DNA from: an uncultured Gemmatimonadales bacterium
GTDB lineage: Bacteria; Gemmatimonadota; Gemmatimonadetes; Gemmatimonadales; GWC2-71-9
Assembly: GCA_963821525.1 (NCBI GenBank)
Contig: CAWGED010000009.1
Span: forward strand, 1-39,899
Direction: 5' to 3'
Length of the DNA: 39,899 nucleotides
The position numbers and the translations under genes are program-made. Below the pieces are notes generated by a model. It made no database searches. It had not been told where the DNA came from and saw only the letters and a program-made list of their open reading frames with translations. Shown here one piece after another: positions 1-8,721 of this stretch. How positions within the stretch are numbered: position 1 is the first letter of the stretch; each line of letters opens with the position of its first letter.

Positions 1-22
1 GGTGGTAGTGATAAGAGCGGAG

Positions 23-69
23 GGGATTGAGGGATTGAGGGATTGAGGGATTGGGGGTTGAGGGATTGG
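23..69 (+). repeat. Tandem 8-mer array (GGGATTGA)n, left arm of an inverted pair enclosing the four-helix-bundle gene
   Basis: Three perfect GGGATTGA units at 23-46, then degenerate units to ~69. It is the reverse complement of the array at 580-625. Confidence 0.95.
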
Positions 70-72
70 GAG

Positions 73-492
73 TTAGGGATGGTTACGAGGGTGGGTCATT
101 CGCGGGGTGGCGCTGCGCTGGCGGGCATGGTGCCTTGTGACGACGAATATTGAGATCAGCTCATTTGCTTCCTTCTGGAGTGCGGTTCGTATGTCCGGCG
201 GACCCAATTCAGTCGACTCTAGCAACTCGAGCCAGAACATACACTCGTCGGCCTCCTCGATCACGATTCCAATCTTTGCGATGAACTCCCTGTGACTCCT
301 CGCGCGACAGGTTGCACGGGAACTCGCAACCACCCAGTCTGCAGCGGCCAGCAGCTGGTTACCAACTACCCTTGCCGCCATGTCGGTCGGTAACGCTCGG
401 ACCAATCGGATGCCCAGGACCGCAAACTCGCAGGTCCTTTGTTTCAACAACTCGGGAGTAACCGAAGAAAAACCGGCCGGCCGGTTTGCCAT
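73..492 (-). CDS. Four helix bundle protein (TIGR02436 / 23S rRNA IVS-protein / bAvd-like family)
   Basis: Motifs LKQRT..FA, QLL, CRARS..EFIAKIGIVIEEADEC.FWLELL and EANELISIF are typical of the family. The usual R(S/A)GTSVGANY segment is diverged (AAADWVVASS). Start is uncertain. Confidence 0.85.
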   Translation of the reverse strand: MANRPAGFSSVTPELLKQRTCEFAVLGIRLVRALPTDMAARVVGNQLLAAADWVVASSRATCRARSHREFIAKIGIVIEEADECMFWLELLESTELGPPDIRTALQKEANELISIFVVTRHHARQRSATPRMTHPRNHP

Positions 493-579
493 GCTGAATC
501 ATGGCTATCCAGCCCTGCCGCCTCATCACCATTCAAACGCGCCACCGGCCAAACCGACGCACCGCCCTCATCTTGATCC

Positions 580-625
580 TCAATCCCTCGATCCCTCAAT
601 CCCTCAATCCCTCAATCCCTCAATC
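580..625 (+). repeat. Tandem 8-mer array (TCAATCCC)n, right arm of the inverted pair
   Basis: TCAATCCC, TCGATCCC, 3x TCAATCCC, TCAATC. Confidence 0.95.
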
Positions 626-1025
626 TTTCTGCGTGACGACCGCACTATCCACCCAGAACTCCGTGTCTCCAAGCAGCTGGTCGGGACGCCGAGGTGCTGG
701 TCGTAGTGCAGGCTCACCTTGGAGCCCAGCATGCCGGTGATCTTGCTGGCCACCGAGTCATCCTTCACGGTGAACTGCCAGATCACCGGTGCCACACCTG
801 TGACCACCGCCTGCTGGACCTCGCCTTCCCACGTCTTACAGATGAAGCCCTTCCGGGAGAACTTCATCAGGGTTCCCGCCCGGTAGCCCGAGGAGTAGGT
901 CCAGGTAATAGCGACGATGGTGTAGAGCGTCAGGAGAAGGAGTGGCACCAGCACCACCAGAACCATGGTTTTCTTGGCCTTGCTCTTCCAGCCTCCCGCG
1001 GGAGGTGCGGCGTCGGGGTAGTCAT
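620..1025 (-). CDS. Conserved hypothetical membrane-anchored protein (YSxGxRAGxxxKFSxKG..KTWEGE type), with two single-base frameshifts
   Basis: The ORF track covers 604-966. Adding one base in the G-run at 1015-1018 and one at 671-672 gives MTTPDAAPPAGGWKSKAKKTMVLVV...HLGVPTSCFGDTEFWVDSAVVTQKD*, with the stop at 620-622. It has an N-terminal TM helix. Confidence 0.75.
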
Positions 1026-1092
1026 GGGCGCGAATTTACCTCCTCGCTGCGGATTTCGTGAGATGGCCCTTCGGGCAGGGGGTCGGGGTCAA

Positions 1093-1269
1093 TGAAGATT
1101 TGATTTCAGATTTCAGATTGGCGGGGATTCAGATTCTCATGAAGGGACGCCAAAGCAATCTCACATTTGCGTCTCACATCACAGACTCTTGTTCTCGTCC
1201 GGACCCTCGCTCCGCTCGGGGTGCCTCGCAATGACACCCAATCTCAATCTGAAATCTTCAATCTGAAAT
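1093..1269. repeat. Inverted pair of 7-mer arrays (GATTTCA / TGAAATC-CAATCT) enclosing a REP-like half element
   Basis: tgaagatttgatttcagatttcagattg at 1093-1120 and caatctcaatctgaaatcttcaatctgaaat at 1239-1269. The internal ccctcgctccgctcgggg...gcaatgaca lies at 1204-1236. Confidence 0.8.
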
Positions 1270-1271
1270 GA

Positions 1272-3003
1272 CTACGATCCCCCGACGCCTCTGGGCGAGG
1301 TCGAGAACACCAGACCCGACGCGAACACAAACACCCACCCCGCCTTGAGCCGGTCGTTGTCGAAGCGATAAGCCAGGTCGAGACGCGTCGTGTTGGCGTC
1401 GGCCGCGCGCGAAGGCGCCAGGCGGAGGCCGAGTCCGACGTCGGTGCCGGTGCGGGTGGGGCTGCCTTCGTACCAGGCCCCGCCGTGGTCCACGAAGGTT
1501 GCGGCGCCGAGGGCCAGGACCTTGAAGAGATCGTCAACGAAGGTCAACCGGTACTCGGCGGTCGTGAAGTAGGTCCGGTCGCCGGTGAACGCGTGAATCG
1601 GAAGGCCCGCGGTCCGACCGCGAAGCCCAGATCGAACTCGGAGCCGGGGATGGGATCCTTCAGCCAGCCGGCATCGGCGTGAAGAATCAGCATCTGCTTC
1701 GCCATCGGCCGGATCACCGACGTGACTCCGAGGACCACCGAGCCTGAGTCGAGGCCGCCGCTGCCCAGCAGGCCATTCACCCGGGTGTCGAACCAGGCGA
1801 AGCCGAAGGGCAGCTGGGTACCCAGACGGATCTGCGTTAGCCCGCCGACGCCGCTCTGGTCGCCGTAGCCGAACAGCTTCGGTGCGGCATAGACCCCGAA
1901 CCGGATAAAGTTGCTGAGGTCGATGTCTTCGTCCTGGCCGAAGCTGCGGAACCCGCGGGTGATCGCGAAATTCGCCTTTCGAGCCTCGACGAAGGCGCCG
2001 ATCGTTCCGGTAAGTCCGCCATAGGCCGGGTCCCCGGGCCATGTGGTGTAGTCGTCCTGGCGGATCTGCCCATTCAGGCCGATTCGGAGATAACCGGAAG
2101 TACTCTTCTTGATCGCCTTGGCGGCCTCGACGCCGGCGAGGAGGTAGCGGCGACGGAGCGAATCACCCGCGGTCGTGATGCCGTCGAAATACTGCAGCAC
2201 CCTCTCGTCCCGGTAGTCGAACAGAAACGAGACGCCGCGCTTGTCTTCCAGAGAGTAGAAGGGCCGGTCCACCGCGGCGATGAAGCGGTCTCCGTCGGAG
2301 CGATGCTGGTAGTTGAGCCCCAGCGAAACCTGCTTGGCCACGAGGCGCGGCTGGAGAAAATTGAAGTTGACCAGCGACCGGTCGGGCGTGTGACGGTAGC
2401 GGACCGTGAAGCGCGACGCCGAGCCGATCAGGTTCCGCTCCGCCAGCATGATCTGCCAGTCGGTCTGGCCGCCGGTGCTGCGGAAGCGGGCGTCGGCCTG
2501 GGTGTCCAGCCGTCCTTGGTCTGCACCAGCATGACGAGGCCGGAGTCGGTGGTGACCGAGTCCACCGACACTTTGCGGAATACTCCGAGCCTCCTGAGGT
2601 TGCGCGCGGTCTCCGCGGCGCGGGCCGAGTCCCACGGCTCGCCTTCCTTGAGCAGCAGCTCGCGGTTTACCACGCCCGGCATGGTCACGATATGCAGGTC
2701 GTTGACCAGCTTGGTGGCCCAGTTCTTCGCCTCGGACGAATCGAAGACGTCGGACCGGCGGACCTCGACGTAGCGGATGATGTTGCTCGAATCCGGAAGC
2801 ACGGAATCGGGCATCGTTCCGACCGGAGTCAGAACGGAATCAATCCTCTGGGGTGAGGAGAGTTGAGTGGTGTCCGTAGAAGCACTGTCCTGCGCGCGCA
2901 GCGCGTGAGGCAGAACGAGTGCGACCAGCACGAGAATCCAGCGACGCAGAGTAGCTCCAAGGGGTCGGGTTTTGGCGAGGGGAATCGATAAACCGGTGAC
3001 CAC
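1272..3003 (-). CDS. Omp85/BamA-TamA-like outer membrane protein (POTRA + beta-barrel), split by two single-base frameshifts
   Basis: Three overlapping ORFs (2428-3003, 1544-2635, 1272-2042) join by adding one C near 2504 (W-T-T-Q-A-D) and one near 1600 (R-A-F-P-I-H-A-F-T-G). Features: signal peptide, POTRA-like VVNRELLLKEGE...ETARNLRRLGVF, ERNLIG, and a barrel C-terminus GLGLRL...RLDLAY. The true start may lie downstream of 3003. Confidence 0.75.
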
Positions 3004-3152
3004 CAGCCGTCAGCCATCAGATCGTGAGACTAAGCCGTCAGCCGTCAGCCGTCAGCGAATATGCCTAAGCATTATGCCGCAATGGCTTACACCAGTTGGG
3101 GCTTCGGAGCCTCCAAGGGTCGCTACCGGCTGATGGCTGACGGCTGACGGCT
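3004..3152. repeat. Inverted pair of 7-mer arrays (CAGCCGT)n / (GGCTGAC)n
   Basis: CAGCCGT-type units at 3004-3020 and 3032-3056. GGCTGAT-GGCTGAC-GGCTGAC-GGCT at 3128-3152 overlaps the 3' end of the methyltransferase gene. Confidence 0.9.
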
Positions 3153-3842
3153 CAAGTGCAGGCATGTCAGCTGATGTGTATCGGAAGCTGACACTCGGCG
3201 CGGCGGAATGACTTGTTTGCCGACAGTCCAATGCTCTCCCTCCCAGCATTGCCAGAACTCCTGCTCCTGGATCATTCCATTACTCTCGGCCAGCCAGCGA
3301 TCGACATTCTCACGGGAGTAGGACTGCGTGATGTAAGGCCGCCCTTTTCCGTAGCTCGATCCCGGCAGCTCGTAGACGTTCCGCACGTAGGATCGCTCGG
3401 TGTAGGGAAAGCTCATGAGCAGGTGGCCGCCGGGATTGAGCAGCTTGAACATGTGGCTCACCGCCGCGTCCGAATCCTCGATGTGCTCCAGTACACTGAT
3501 ACAGACCACCATGTCGTACCGCTCGGTGATTCGACTCTTCGTGATGTCGTCGTCGACTACATGGTAGTGCTTGTTGAACATGCCGCGCGGCCAGTAGTCC
3601 CGGACGTTGTCTACCGCAGTCACCACGAAGCCGCACTTCCGGATCAGCGTCGGCAGCGCGCTGGTCCCGGTGCCGACGTCGATCACCGTCTTGGGATAGA
3701 GCTCGGTCAGCTTCCGGAACAGGAAGGCGAACTCGATCGGCCGCTCGTTGAAGCGTTTGAACTTCTGCTTCCCGTACTCCCGGCGCAGCAGCCACTTGGG
3801 GTAGAGGTTCATCAGCGCCTTGAGCGGTGACCCCATTGCCAT
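3123..3842 (-). CDS. Class I SAM-dependent methyltransferase
   Basis: Motifs VIDVGTG, YDMVVCISVLEHI and LLNPGGHL. GAGGAG RBS precedes the ATG at 3842. Confidence 0.85.
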   Translation of the reverse strand: MAMGSPLKALMNLYPKWLLRREYGKQKFKRFNERPIEFAFLFRKLTELYPKTVIDVGTGTSALPTLIRKCGFVVTAVDNVRDYWPRGMFNKHYHVVDDDITKSRITERYDMVVCISVLEHIEDSDAAVSHMFKLLNPGGHLLMSFPYTERSYVRNVYELPGSSYGKGRPYITQSYSRENVDRWLAESNGMIQEQEFWQCWEGEHWTVGKQVIPPRRVSASDTHQLTCLHLSRQPSAISR

Positions 3843-3877
3843 CGACGATCTCCTCAATAAGTACGACGGAGCCCGGG

Positions 3878-4651
3878 CTACAGATCTACCCGCAGCATGA
3901 GCCAGCGATAGTCCGACTTGCGCGGGTGCAGCAGCGAGTTGAGCGCATCTACGCCCTTGTAGGCCAGTCGCCGCTCCTGGTTCTCGAACGCCTCATTGCC
4001 GCACTCGGGGCAGCGTGCGAACCGCCAGTATTTCCAGAGGCCGAGCGTCTCGGTGCGAAAGTGCAGCAGCGCAGGAGACATCGGGCGAACCGGCCAGATC
4101 CCCTGCACAGCGTAGTGGGCCGCACCCGGGAAGAGTGCCTTGAGCCGCTCCGGCGAAAAGACGTTGCGGTGCCCGTAGAGATGAAAGACGGTTCCGCAGC
4201 GGGAGCACCTGGTCGACCAGGCCAGGAGATCCTCCTGGTACGGCACCGTGACCACCAGACTCTTCCGGGCGATTCGCCGCAGCTCCGCGGTTGCCCGGAC
4301 CAGATCCGCCGGATCGAGATGCTCCAGGGTTTCGGCGCAGAGCACCACGTCGAAGCTCCGGTCCGGGAACGGGAGCGACAGCATCGAGGAGACCATGGCC
4401 GGCCGCCGCACGAACCGAATCCCCCGCCTGGCGAGATCGGTGCCCACCGAGAAGGGCACGTCGATCGCGTGCAGCAGATCGCCCCGGCCACAGCCGACGT
4501 CGAGCAGGGTCCGAGTCTCCGGAGGGACGAGGGCGACCGTGGCCTTGATGCGCGCCCGTTCCGATTCGGTGCGGTGCGCGCCCGACTCCTCGTGCACCGA
4601 GGTCTCATTGAAGAGCTGAGCACTGCTCCGCGGCCCAGCCGGCGGATTCAC
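3878..4651 (-). CDS. Class I SAM-dependent methyltransferase (Methyltransf_11-like) with two CxxC motifs
   Basis: Motifs LLDVGCGRG, LPFPDRSFDVVLCAETLEHL, CSRC and CPEC. The GTG start overlaps the upstream stop. Confidence 0.85.
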   Translation of the reverse strand: MNPPAGPRSSAQLFNETSVHEESGAHRTESERARIKATVALVPPETRTLLDVGCGRGDLLHAIDVPFSVGTDLARRGIRFVRRPAMVSSMLSLPFPDRSFDVVLCAETLEHLDPADLVRATAELRRIARKSLVVTVPYQEDLLAWSTRCSRCGTVFHLYGHRNVFSPERLKALFPGAAHYAVQGIWPVRPMSPALLHFRTETLGLWKYWRFARCPECGNEAFENQERRLAYKGVDALNSLLHPRKSDYRWLMLRVDL

Positions 4652-5901
4652 GAGGTTGCCTCTTCCAGAATTGCCACCAGCTTCTCCGTCGCGGGACCGG
4701 CCTCGAACTGCCGGACCGCGACCTCGTTCCGCCGGAATTCCTCACCCGAGCGCTTGCGGGAGTAACAGAGCCCAAGCGCCGCGGCGATCTCCGCCGCATC
4801 GAGGGCGACCCGCTCACCCGCCTGCGTCTCGCTCAGGATCTGTCCCATTTCTTCGTTCGGCGTCACCGACAGGATCGGTCTCCCGCAGGCGAGATAGTCA
4901 AAAAATTTGCCCGAGAGCTGGAGCCGGTGCTCCGGGCCCATCAGGTCGAGCAGGAGGTCGGCCTTGCCGAGTACGGCGCGACTCTCGAGAAGCGGCACCG
5001 ACGGGCGAATCCTGGTGTATTCATCGAGTCCCAGCCGGACGATCGCCAAGTCGTCTTCGGCGGTTCGGGTGCCCAGCGTCGTGAGATATGCATCTCCCGG
5101 AGCAAGTTTCCACTCGTCGATGAAGCGACGGTAGCCCGAGAGAAACAGTTGGGCATTCTTGGCCGGACGCAGGTGCCCGAAGTAGAGGATGTCGAAGGTA
5201 CCGGTCTTTCCCGGCGGCTTCGGAGCCGGCCCGTACAACGCTGGTTCGAACGAGCTCCGCAGCACGGTGAACCGCTCAGCCGGAATGATTCCCCCGTAGT
5301 GCGACCGGTACGCCTCGAGCGCGCTCTCGGTATTGAGAATGATCCGCGTCGCGCGCTGGAAGAACTCCCGTTCAAGCTGGTCTACCTTCCGGTTGGCCTC
5401 CGAAGAGCGCGCGTCCCGGTAGTACGGCTCGATGGACCAGGGGTCTCTCAAGTCCAGCACCAGCGGGAGTCCGGTAGACTCGGCGAGCCGGGCGCCGAGC
5501 ATCTGGGCCGAGTGCGGCCCGGCGTTGACGTAGATCACTTCGCACTTCTCGCGGCGCAGGAATCGCCTCGCGCCAAAAAATACCCAAGGGAGATACCGGC
5601 TGTAGCGGTCCAGGGCGCCTTCGGTTCCCGGCGCGGTCTTCGCCTTGTAGGGATGCGCCACGGGCCCCTTACCGATCAGGTCCTCCATCCAGGCGATCGG
5701 CCCCGAGCGGTAGCCGCGCCAGATGGGAACCTGGGGGACGAAGCGCTCGAGCGAGGGATCGCGCCCCATCGTCTCCGGCAGCGCCACTACCGCGGGCATC
5801 CAGCCCAGCTCGGGCAGGTGGCGCGCGAAGTTCATCGGGCGCTTGGCCCCGATCACTCCCGAGGGCGGGAAGAACGGAGAAATCATCAGCAAACGCCTCA
5901 C
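4648..5901 (-). CDS. Glycosyltransferase family 4 (GT-B)
   Basis: Motifs SPFFPP...GAKR, LVLDLRDPWS and GKFFDYLACGRPIL. Translationally coupled to both neighbours. Confidence 0.88.
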   Translation of the reverse strand: MRRLLMISPFFPPSGVIGAKRPMNFARHLPELGWMPAVVALPETMGRDPSLERFVPQVPIWRGYRSGPIAWMEDLIGKGPVAHPYKAKTAPGTEGALDRYSRYLPWVFFGARRFLRREKCEVIYVNAGPHSAQMLGARLAESTGLPLVLDLRDPWSIEPYYRDARSSEANRKVDQLEREFFQRATRIILNTESALEAYRSHYGGIIPAERFTVLRSSFEPALYGPAPKPPGKTGTFDILYFGHLRPAKNAQLFLSGYRRFIDEWKLAPGDAYLTTLGTRTAEDDLAIVRLGLDEYTRIRPSVPLLESRAVLGKADLLLDLMGPEHRLQLSGKFFDYLACGRPILSVTPNEEMGQILSETQAGERVALDAAEIAAALGLCYSRKRSGEEFRRNEVAVRQFEAGPATEKLVAILEEATS

Positions 5902-7412
5902 CGCGCGTCGCTCCGCGCGGCGCGGCGATCCCAGAGGCCGCGCAGGGTGGCGAGCCCGACCAGATAGTGCAGGTCTCCCTTGGCGATCACATGGGTGCGG
6001 CGTCCCAGGATCAGATAGATCGGTGTCAGGACCGCGAGCCCAACCAGAAGCTGGAGCAGGTCTCCCTTCACGATCCTGAGCACGGCAATGATCGGCAGTG
6101 CGGCGAACCCCGCCACCAGCGTGGTACGAAGCAGATGTTTGAAAGGCAGCACGCGGGACCAGTCGAGGTTCAGATGGATCCTGATCCGGCCCAGCAGCAG
6201 CACGATGTTGACGAAGAGCGCCAGGTCTGATGCGAGTGCCGGACCCGCGATGCCCATCAGGTGATAGAGCGGAAAGATGAGCACTGCGTTGATGGCCAGG
6301 GCCACGAGCGACGAGGTGAGAATCGGCTTGGTCTCTCCCAGGGCCCGCAGCACCGACCCGTAGCTGCAGAGCCTGAGCGGGAGCAGGAACAAGTAGACCC
6401 GGAACGGCACCGCCGCGGCCGCGAATTCCGCCGAAAAAAGGAGCCGCATCGCGGGCTCGGCGAGAATCAGGAAATAGAAGAAGACCGGCATCATGATGGT
6501 GGCGATCTTCTCCACCGAGCCATGCCAGTAGCGGAGGAAACCGTCCCGGTCTCCTTTAACGTGGGTCAGCGTGAGTGTCGGGACCAACGTGTTGGTGACC
6601 GAATACGCCAGCGACGAAACCAGCGGCAGCTCCACCGCGCCAACCGTGTAGACCGCGAGCACCTCCTTGCTCGCCGCGAGGGCCACTCCGTACTTGTCCG
6701 CCTGCACGTTGAGCTTCCCCACCAGCGTGGAGAGTGAGAGCGGGAAGCCGTAGGCCAGCAGCTCGCGCGCGCTCACGTGCTTGCGCGAGAGACTCCCCTT
6801 CGCCGCGAACAGGAAATACCAGAGGAACATGAGGAGACGGAGTCCCGCGACGAGCAGGAACCACCCCATGATCGAGGTGAGTGACGCGCCGAGGGCGGCC
6901 GGAATTGCCAGCGACGCGAAGCGGCTGATGGCGAACGCCAGCGTGACGATGAAGAACGCCCGGTACGAGCGGCGGGCGAGCAGATAGGCCGGAAGCGCCT
7001 GCCCCGGAAAATCTCCCAGGATGTAGAGGCCGAGGAGCCGCAGAATCACCCACGACTGGGGATCCGACGAGATGAGCGGCGCGGCGACCACGAGAATCAG
7101 CGCCGCCGGAATCGCGAGCAGAAAGAGCAGGCCGCCGGTCCAGAAGCCGAGCGCCCGGGCGCCCGGATCGCCGCGGCGGGGGACGAAATAGGCCAGCGCC
7201 GCGGGAAGTCCCAGCGGCAGCAGCGCGCTGGTCGTGTCCTGGATCAGGTAGACGAGGGAGAACAGGCCGAAGTCGGCCTTGGAAAGCGCGCGGGTAAGGA
7301 CCGTCAGGAGGAGAAGATTGAAGATCCCGCTGACCAGAAGGCCGAACGAGGCGAGGCCGGCGCCGGCCGCGACCTCTTTTCGTTCCGCCTGCGCCGCGTC
7401 GGGAGCGGTCAT
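5898..7412 (-). CDS. Oligosaccharide flippase (Wzx/MOP polysaccharide biosynthesis family)
   Basis: About 12-14 hydrophobic segments starting at MTAPDAAQ (ATG 7412 overlaps the upstream TGA). Motifs LTRALSKADFG, YGFPL and ADKY. The ORF-track extension to 8399 overlaps another gene and is not used. Confidence 0.88.
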   Translation of the reverse strand: MTAPDAAQAERKEVAAGAGLASFGLLVSGIFNLLLLTVLTRALSKADFGLFSLVYLIQDTTSALLPLGLPAALAYFVPRRGDPGARALGFWTGGLLFLLAIPAALILVVAAPLISSDPQSWVILRLLGLYILGDFPGQALPAYLLARRSYRAFFIVTLAFAISRFASLAIPAALGASLTSIMGWFLLVAGLRLLMFLWYFLFAAKGSLSRKHVSARELLAYGFPLSLSTLVGKLNVQADKYGVALAASKEVLAVYTVGAVELPLVSSLAYSVTNTLVPTLTLTHVKGDRDGFLRYWHGSVEKIATIMMPVFFYFLILAEPAMRLLFSAEFAAAAVPFRVYLFLLPLRLCSYGSVLRALGETKPILTSSLVALAINAVLIFPLYHLMGIAGPALASDLALFVNIVLLLGRIRIHLNLDWSRVLPFKHLLRTTLVAGFAALPIIAVLRIVKGDLLQLLVGLAVLTPIYLILGRRTHVIAKGDLHYLVGLATLRGLWDRRAARSDAR

Positions 7413-8665
7413 CGCGCGATTGCCGCCTCGAGCACCGCGGCGAAGCGACGTGCCTGCTCCTCCGCGTCGAAGGCAGTCACCGACTCGGCGGGGATCTCTC
7501 CCCGATCGGGCGCCTGGCAGCGCGCGCGAAGTCGCGCCAGCCCCGCCGCGATCGCCTCGGGGTTCGCCGGAGGAACCACGACGCCCGCTCCGGTCTGGTC
7601 CACGATCCGGCCCGGCTCGGGCTGATCGGTGATCGCCAGAATAGGACGACGGGCCGCGAGGTAATCGTAGAGTTTGGCCGGCACCGTGAGAGCCATGTCT
7701 CCCACAGTCACCAGCGCCAGCACGTCCGCACTGCGCATCACGCTGAGCGCCTCGCGGTAGGGGATTGGCGGACGGCTCTCCACGTAGTCGGCGATACCAA
7801 GCGACGAAGCGTGGCGCAGATCTTCCTCTCGCGGAGTCCCCGCCAGCACCAGCGCAGCCTTGTCCGCACCGAGTCCTTCGCGCTGTACGAACTTGGCGAA
7901 GCCCTTGAGCAGCGGCTCGGATGGAACCAGCCGGCGGAAATGCCCGAAGTGAAGTACCGTGAACCGATCGGTTCGCTGAACCGGAGTCTCCTTGAAGACT
8001 CCGAGATCGAAGGCGTTCCTGATGCAGGTGAAGCGCTCCGAGGGGACGCGGCCCCGGTACGCGGCGGTGTACGCGTCGTGGCACTCCTCGGTGTTGAGCA
8101 CGATGCGCCGCGCAGTCCGGAACACTCGATACTCGGTCTGCCGGATGATCCAGCGGGTGGGCGGCGGACGCAGCGCCATTTTGGCTCGCTGGAGCGACCA
8201 CGGATCCCGGAAGTCCACCACGAGCGGCAGTCCAGGCGAATGCGCCAGCTTCATGCCCACCAGGAGCGGCGACCACGGATCGGCACAGACCACCACCGCA
8301 CTCGGCTGGTGCTTCTCGATGAGGTGCGCCGCTTCGCGCAGGGCGGCACCATTGTGCCACAGATAGCGATCGAAGGGTGTGATGTAACCGGCGTCCCACC
8401 CGAGGAACCGGCGTTCTTTCTCGCGCGGGCGCAGGGCGGACTCACTCGAGGCCTGCTTCCCTTCGCCGTAGGCGTAACTCACGGGCAGATCGGCGGGGAT
8501 CAGGTCGGCGAGCCCGAGATCAACGTTCTCCCCCGCGGGGTCGCCGGCGAGTACCACCGGCTGCCAACCGAAACGGGGAAGGTGGCGGACCAGATTCAAC
8601 GGCCGCTTCGCCCCGACCACGCTCATCGGAGGGAAATACGGCGTGATCAGGAGGACCGTGGGCAT
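7409..8665 (-). CDS. Glycosyltransferase family 4 (GT-B), paralog of 4648-5901
   Basis: Motifs MPTVLLITPYFPP...GAKR, LVVDFRDPWS and PAKLYDYLAARRPIL. GGAGG RBS precedes the ATG at 8665. Confidence 0.88.
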   Translation of the reverse strand: MPTVLLITPYFPPMSVVGAKRPLNLVRHLPRFGWQPVVLAGDPAGENVDLGLADLIPADLPVSYAYGEGKQASSESALRPREKERRFLGWDAGYITPFDRYLWHNGAALREAAHLIEKHQPSAVVVCADPWSPLLVGMKLAHSPGLPLVVDFRDPWSLQRAKMALRPPPTRWIIRQTEYRVFRTARRIVLNTEECHDAYTAAYRGRVPSERFTCIRNAFDLGVFKETPVQRTDRFTVLHFGHFRRLVPSEPLLKGFAKFVQREGLGADKAALVLAGTPREEDLRHASSLGIADYVESRPPIPYREALSVMRSADVLALVTVGDMALTVPAKLYDYLAARRPILAITDQPEPGRIVDQTGAGVVVPPANPEAIAAGLARLRARCQAPDRGEIPAESVTAFDAEEQARRFAAVLEAAIAR

Positions 8666-8721
8666 TCGGCCTCCAAGGTAGTGGCGGCGTGGAGGGCGGA
8701 CCAAGTACCTTGGCCAGCCCA

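Noticed and set aside
73..492. 23S rRNA gene with an intervening sequence
   Set aside because: The flanks show no rRNA similarity; the neighbours are repeats and protein-coding DNA.
23..625. CRISPR array or diversity-generating retroelement suggested by the repeats and the Avd-like gene
   Set aside because: Units are 8 bp with no spacers, and no cas gene, reverse transcriptase or template/variable repeat pair is visible in the window.
992..1005. Palindrome CCTCCCGCGGGAGG
   Set aside because: It lies inside the corrected coding region, is GC-rich and has no U-tract, so it is probably chance.
1605..2042. N-terminal part of ORF 1272-2042 as an independent gene
   Set aside because: It is an out-of-frame read of the Omp85-like gene; only the part below ~1600 is the true C-terminus.
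3070..3095. Imperfect palindrome TAAGCATTATGCCGCAATGGCTTA as a dif/Xer-like or operator site
   Set aside because: The match is weak, there is no convincing second copy, and no recombinase gene is nearby.
7413..8399. N-terminal 330-aa extension of the flippase ORF (833 aa in the track)
   Set aside because: It overlaps the GT4 gene in another frame and is low-complexity Arg/Gly/Ala. The real start is the coupled ATG at 7412.
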